Assembly: GCA_050294405.1 (NCBI GenBank) | Contig: JBNKOC010000007.1 | Span: 64,001-128,000 of the forward strand | Direction: 5' to 3' | Source of the DNA: Fibrobacteria bacterium | GTDB taxonomy: Bacteria; Fibrobacterota; Fibrobacteria; UBA11236; JADFYW01 | Length of the DNA: 64,000 bases | Shown: positions 59,910 to 64,000 of the stretch, piece after piece | Layout of the letters: each line of letters opens with the position of its first letter | How positions within the stretch are numbered: the first letter of the stretch is position 1 | Position numbers and translations under genes: made by a program | Notes under the pieces: generated by a model | The model's database searches: none | Told to the model about the DNA's origin: nothing | Seen by the model: the letters and a program-made list of their open reading frames with translations, nothing else

Positions 59910-60485
59910 TTATTCAATAACCTTAATGTTATAAGAATGCAACAGACCGGGTAAACCTTTGAGCCCAAATTTTGCGTTTTTTATTCTGTTAAGATTGGGA
60001 TCAATTATGTAGTTAATAGATTTTGTAAAGTCGGCCTTTTCTAAATTTACATTTTCAAAAATAGCGTCTAAGAAATCACAATTAGGAAAAACAAAATTAG
60101 ACAAGTTGCAATCTGTAAAATCTACACCGTGTAATTGACAATTGCTAAATACAGAACCCTTTAAATTCATTTTAAAAAATGTGGAATTACTTAAATTGCA
60201 GCCATTAAAAATTACGGAAAAGCTTAAATCATTGCAGGTTTCAAAATTAACTCCCAAAATTTTCGAATTTAAAAAACATACATCTTGAAAGGAGCTGTGT
60301 TCAACCTTTACCAGGGATAGATTGCAATCCTCGAAATTCGAATCTGAAAATTTACAATTGGATAAGTCCAATTTTGAAAAACCACAACCCACAAATGTGC
60401 AGTTCTCATATTCCCCTACTTCAAAAGGAGAAGATGTGAAATCAATATTCTCAAATCTTTTTCCTTCTATGTAAGAATTATCCAT
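59910..60485 (-). CDS. Pentapeptide repeat protein
   Basis: Regular five-residue F/L periodicity (FENIDF, CTFVGCGFS.LDLS, CNLS); C-terminal IDP..NRIK.AKF. Confidence 0.88.
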   Translation of the reverse strand: MDNSYIEGKRFENIDFTSSPFEVGEYENCTFVGCGFSKLDLSNCKFSDSNFEDCNLSLVKVEHSSFQDVCFLNSKILGVNFETCNDLSFSVIFNGCNLSNSTFFKMNLKGSVFSNCQLHGVDFTDCNLSNFVFPNCDFLDAIFENVNLEKADFTKSINYIIDPNLNRIKNAKFGLKGLPGLLHSYNIKVIE

Positions 60486-60525
60486 TAGTGTAAAGTATAA
60501 ATAATCTGCTTAGTACCGGCCTAAA

Positions 60526-60894
60526 TTATTTCTTTGCCGGCTCCCAAAGCTCAATTGGATTTCCTTCGGGATCATGAATACGGGCGAATGTTCCTATTTC
60601 TGGCATAGAATTCCACTCGTCTTTTTGTATAACTTCAGTCCCCTTTTCCTGTAGTTCTGCAATTAATTTTTTTAGGTCCATCACTCGGAAGTTAATCATC
60701 CATTCTTTTTTATCGTTGAAATAATCAGAGTTTTGAGGAAAGGGCTCAAAAACAGTTGCCCCTGCCTGTTGCATCCAAACCATATCTTGAATATCTATAC
60801 CAAGCGTGTTGATATACCAGTCTTTTAATTCTTTAGGATTTTTGGAACGGAAAAAAAAGCCGCCTATTCCAGTTATGTTTTTAGATTTTGACAT
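60526..60894 (-). CDS. VOC/glyoxalase family protein
   Basis: ITGIGGFFF....P..L..WY...LG, MINFRV.DL, DPEGNPIELWEP. ATG 60894 with AGGAG RBS. Confidence 0.88.
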   Translation of the reverse strand: MSKSKNITGIGGFFFRSKNPKELKDWYINTLGIDIQDMVWMQQAGATVFEPFPQNSDYFNDKKEWMINFRVMDLKKLIAELQEKGTEVIQKDEWNSMPEIGTFARIHDPEGNPIELWEPAKK

Positions 60895-60992
60895 ATTATT
60901 CTCCTTAATGTTTGGCAATAAAAAAAACTATTGCTTATGTGATTGATCAGGCTATCATCTTTTTAATCACACATTGGGTTTGCATAAATGGA

Positions 60993-62447
60993 TTATGTAC
61001 CACAAAAGGTCTGGTGAGAACGGTCTTTATCTATTGGGGTATCCTGGTAGTCAGATGTGCCTGGTATCTCTTTATAAGGGCTTTTCAGCACCTTAAGAAT
61101 TTTAAGGGCTGAATCGGGACTGCCCGTGTCTTGACAAGTTTTAAGGACGGCTTCTATATGGTGGTTTCGGGGAATAACCACTGGGTTTGCCTGCCGCATG
61201 CGCTTATAAATATCTTCCGGCTCGTTTTTCTGGTTTGTGATTTTATCACGCCAGCTATCATAAAATCCTTTCAGTTCGGTTTTTAATTCCAGTACAGGTT
61301 CTTCTGCTTCAAGTGAACGCGTGAGCTTGTCAAAAGTTTGGGTAAAATCCATTTGAGAAAGTTTCATATGCTCTAGAAATTCATGCATAAACTTAACTGT
61401 GTCTGGGTGGCTGCTGTCCAGGCCAAATTTTTGGGAAAGCATTTTTGTATAAGCTCTCTCAAATTTTTCTGCAAAGCCAGCATATAAAGAACGTACGCTT
61501 TCAATGGTTTTTGAATCGTCGGGTTTAACCAGCAACATCAAACTTTGAGCTAACTGTCCCATGTTCCACTTTGCGATATTAGGTTGGTTACCGTAGGCAT
61601 ATCGGCCATAGCGATCAATGGAACTAAATACCGTTTGTGGATCGTAATGCCCCATCATGGCACAAGGGCCGTAGTCTATGGTATCTCCCGAAATAGTGGT
61701 ATTATCCGTATTCATTACCCCATGAATAAACCCCACTCTCATCCACTCCACTATTAATTTGATTTGCTTCTCGAATACATGTTCTAAAAATAAAACAATT
61801 CTATTCCCCTCTTGGTTATTGATGGCAGGGTAATGACGCTCTATACTGTAATCTAATAAGTTTTGCAAAGCCTCACTATTTTCTTGTGCGCTAAAGTATT
61901 CAAAGCTACCCACTCGTAAATGGCTACTGGCCACTCGGGTAACCACAGCACCGGACAACACAATGTCCCGATAGACATCTTCCCCGGTAGTTACCACCGC
62001 CAAACAACGAGACGTAGGCACGCCCAGTGCCGCCATGGCCTCACTCATAATATATTCACGAATAGCGGGTCCCAATGCACAGCGCCCATCGCCCCCTCGG
62101 GAAAAATGCGTGGGGCCTGATCCTTTGAGCTGTATGTCGAACCGACCACCCGTTTTATCCAATACTTCGCCCAGCAAATGGGCTCGCCCATCCCCCAGTT
62201 GGGGAACAAAATTACCAAATTGATGCCCGGCATAGGCCAGGGCCACCGGTTCCGATCCTGCTAGGGGTTCATTGCCGGAAAATATCCGGGCTAGGGCGCT
62301 TACATCATTTTGTAATGGCTGGGGGATTAATAACTCATCGGCAAGAGGACTATTCCACAAAAACAGTGCAGGACTCTCTACCGGAACAGGAAAGGTTCGC
62401 TGGTAAAATACTTCGCCCAAGTCTAAATAGCTGTTTACAAATTGCAT
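60993..62447 (-). CDS. selO: Protein adenylyltransferase SelO (YdiU)
   Basis: AYAGHQFG..VPQLGDGRA, QLKGSG.T.FSR.GDGR, IREY..SEAM, GFIHGVMNTDN, IDYGPC, NP..IPRNH, TFCGT. Confidence 0.95.
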   Translation of the reverse strand: MQFVNSYLDLGEVFYQRTFPVPVESPALFLWNSPLADELLIPQPLQNDVSALARIFSGNEPLAGSEPVALAYAGHQFGNFVPQLGDGRAHLLGEVLDKTGGRFDIQLKGSGPTHFSRGGDGRCALGPAIREYIMSEAMAALGVPTSRCLAVVTTGEDVYRDIVLSGAVVTRVASSHLRVGSFEYFSAQENSEALQNLLDYSIERHYPAINNQEGNRIVLFLEHVFEKQIKLIVEWMRVGFIHGVMNTDNTTISGDTIDYGPCAMMGHYDPQTVFSSIDRYGRYAYGNQPNIAKWNMGQLAQSLMLLVKPDDSKTIESVRSLYAGFAEKFERAYTKMLSQKFGLDSSHPDTVKFMHEFLEHMKLSQMDFTQTFDKLTRSLEAEEPVLELKTELKGFYDSWRDKITNQKNEPEDIYKRMRQANPVVIPRNHHIEAVLKTCQDTGSPDSALKILKVLKSPYKEIPGTSDYQDTPIDKDRSHQTFCGT

Positions 62448-62575
62448 GTCAGTATTATAGCTAACTACCCATATTTAACCAACTTCAGCACACTGGTGGC
62501 TGTGTAGTCCTCCATTAGCCTTATCTTACATATGGCCATTGTTGTGTGCTGGCTTTATTTTGTTCAACTTTATTT

Positions 62576-63019
62576 TTATTTCAGCTCTAATGTGAATTTT
62601 TCGTGTGTATTAATAAATTTTTCTCTTTGATAAAAGCGATATGCTTCAGTCCGTTTTTTGTTGCATGTTACTTCCAGTTGCATAATTCCATTGTATTTAG
62701 CAACACGTTTTAGTTCGTCAATCATTTTTTTTCCGATTCCGGTTTTCCTATTTTCCGGAGTCACATACACCTCTTGGATTTCCGCAATTTTTTGCCCAGC
62801 GTGATGTAGCAAATTTTGAGAGTGGCAACTTACAAATCCAATAGGTTTGTTATTTACTTCCGCAATCAGATAGATATTATTTTTGTTCTTTATATTCTGA
62901 ACAAAAGCTTTTTTTTGACTTTCAAGTCTGAAAGTAGTCCCCTCTAATTCATTCACAAACTGATAAATAGAATCAAAATCGGTTTGGTTCGCTTTTCGGA
63001 TTGTTATTTGGTTTTGCAT
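62576..63019 (-). CDS. GNAT acetyltransferase (PhnO-like)
   Basis: AEIQE.YV....R..GIG, EVT....R..A.RFY, H.KF. Confidence 0.88.
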   Translation of the reverse strand: MQNQITIRKANQTDFDSIYQFVNELEGTTFRLESQKKAFVQNIKNKNNIYLIAEVNNKPIGFVSCHSQNLLHHAGQKIAEIQEVYVTPENRKTGIGKKMIDELKRVAKYNGIMQLEVTCNKKRTEAYRFYQREKFINTHEKFTLELK

Positions 63020-63115
63020 TCTGACCTAAGCGATAATTTCAATTATAGACATTTTTTAGTTTACACACATCGTGCTTGGCGATCGATATTGGCAACTGAC
63101 TTTTTCCATTTTTGA

Positions 63116-63502
63116 TTAAATTCCGATTACATATGATGTTATCGATTGTATTTTCTCAGCTTTTGCTCCTTTAAATTTATAAAAGTCCGAAAAGGCATAT
63201 TTCTTTCCGTTTTGCATTTTCATTATTCCGTTTGTTGCGCCTTCTTTCCCGTGCGATAAGATTTGGTCAATTGTTAACTCAGCAACCTTTTCGGATTTCA
63301 TTTTTTCCAATTCTTCTGTAAATTTTTCTTTTCCCTCAATGTTTTTGTCGCCAATTATATTCCAAACAATTTCATCTGTTACACTTCCGGTAATAAATTT
63401 AACCTCTCCTTTTGCAAAGGCAATATTGAATTTTTTTAGAAACTCCATTTTTGGAGAGTTTCCACAATTAGGGCTTGAAATAATTTTTGTCATTTGGTTC
63501 AA
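63116..63502 (-). CDS. NTF2/SnoaL-like protein
   Basis: CGNSPK...L..FN.AFA, W.I.G...I.G, SHGK.GA.NG, I..ITSY. Confidence 0.78.
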   Translation of the reverse strand: MNQMTKIISSPNCGNSPKMEFLKKFNIAFAKGEVKFITGSVTDEIVWNIIGDKNIEGKEKFTEELEKMKSEKVAELTIDQILSHGKEGATNGIMKMQNGKKYAFSDFYKFKGAKAEKIQSITSYVIGI

Positions 63503-63559
63503 TTCTTTCGTTTTGTTTTTTCTGTAATAAACCTTTACTTGCTCATTGTGTTTGATTTA

Positions 63560-63937
63560 TTATTTTGAATACATCATTACTGCTTTTTCAACCTTCATCT
63601 CGTCATTGAAAAACAAATTTTCTACTACTTGTTTCTGTATTGACAAACTTTCGTAATAAATCGTCAAACAATTTATTCCGTAAAAAATGTTTATTATTCT
63701 GAATTGAAGGTCAGGGTTATTTTCTAATGCTTTTCCCCAATATGCACGAATGTTGTCTTTACCTTGTATAAAACCTTTTGTTTCGGGCAATCTTTTCATT
63801 GCCAGTGGTGTGTCCACAGAAAAGTCTTCTGTGTAATGCGATAGTATTTTTTCAAGGTCGTGTTCGTTCCAACCTGCAATCCATTCTTCCACAAAATGCT
63901 CTGCAAAAGTTTGGTCAATTAGTTTTCTTGGACCCAT
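63560..63937 (-). CDS. NTF2/SnoaL-like protein
   Basis: WI..WN.HDL..ILSHY, G...GK..IR.YW..AL...PDL.F. Confidence 0.85.
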   Translation of the reverse strand: MGPRKLIDQTFAEHFVEEWIAGWNEHDLEKILSHYTEDFSVDTPLAMKRLPETKGFIQGKDNIRAYWGKALENNPDLQFRIINIFYGINCLTIYYESLSIQKQVVENLFFNDEMKVEKAVMMYSK

Positions 63938-64000
63938 TTTTTATTCTTTTCTATTCTTCCCAGATGACAATTTTTACCTGACCGCCAACGATCTCGGTTA

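Noticed and set aside
59910..60485. Qnr quinolone-resistance gene
   Set aside because: Generic pentapeptide repeat protein; no Qnr-specific features could be confirmed by eye.
60993..61010. Selenocysteine recoding at the SelO C-terminus
   Set aside because: The gene ends TFCGT followed by TAA; there is no in-frame TGA.
1..64000. CRISPR array, rRNA, tRNA, IS transposase, integron integrase
   Set aside because: No regularly spaced direct repeats, RNA-gene signatures or recombinase/transposase motifs were recognised; a covariance search would be needed to exclude small RNAs.

Overview
AT-rich bacterial window, possibly Fibrobacterota-like; this lineage is a circumstantial inference from gene content and short C-terminal sorting-like tails. 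From left to right it contains: (1) an orphan Hcp fused to an OmpA/peptidoglycan-binding region and a C-terminal HExxH domain, with a tightly coupled downstream ORF missing from the ORF track; (2) a type III glutamine synthetase; (3) a two-gene unit encoding a PA14/Ig protein and a 3869-aa secreted protein that carries both an M4 and an S8 protease on a seven-module Ig scaffold; (4) a glycan-modification locus with a plant-like UDP-apiose/xylose synthase, a GT2, a GT-C-like membrane protein and MBOAT/AlgJ/AlgX-type O-acyltransferases; (5) a metal locus in which an uptake unit and czcCBA are each preceded by a Cys/His-rich leader ORF, one ending in the arrest motif RAPP; (6) about 17 kb of short, almost all co-oriented accessory genes with eroded attC-like spacer motifs. 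No rRNA, tRNA, CRISPR array, transposase or integrase was recognised. All family calls come from motif recognition by eye, not from database searches.
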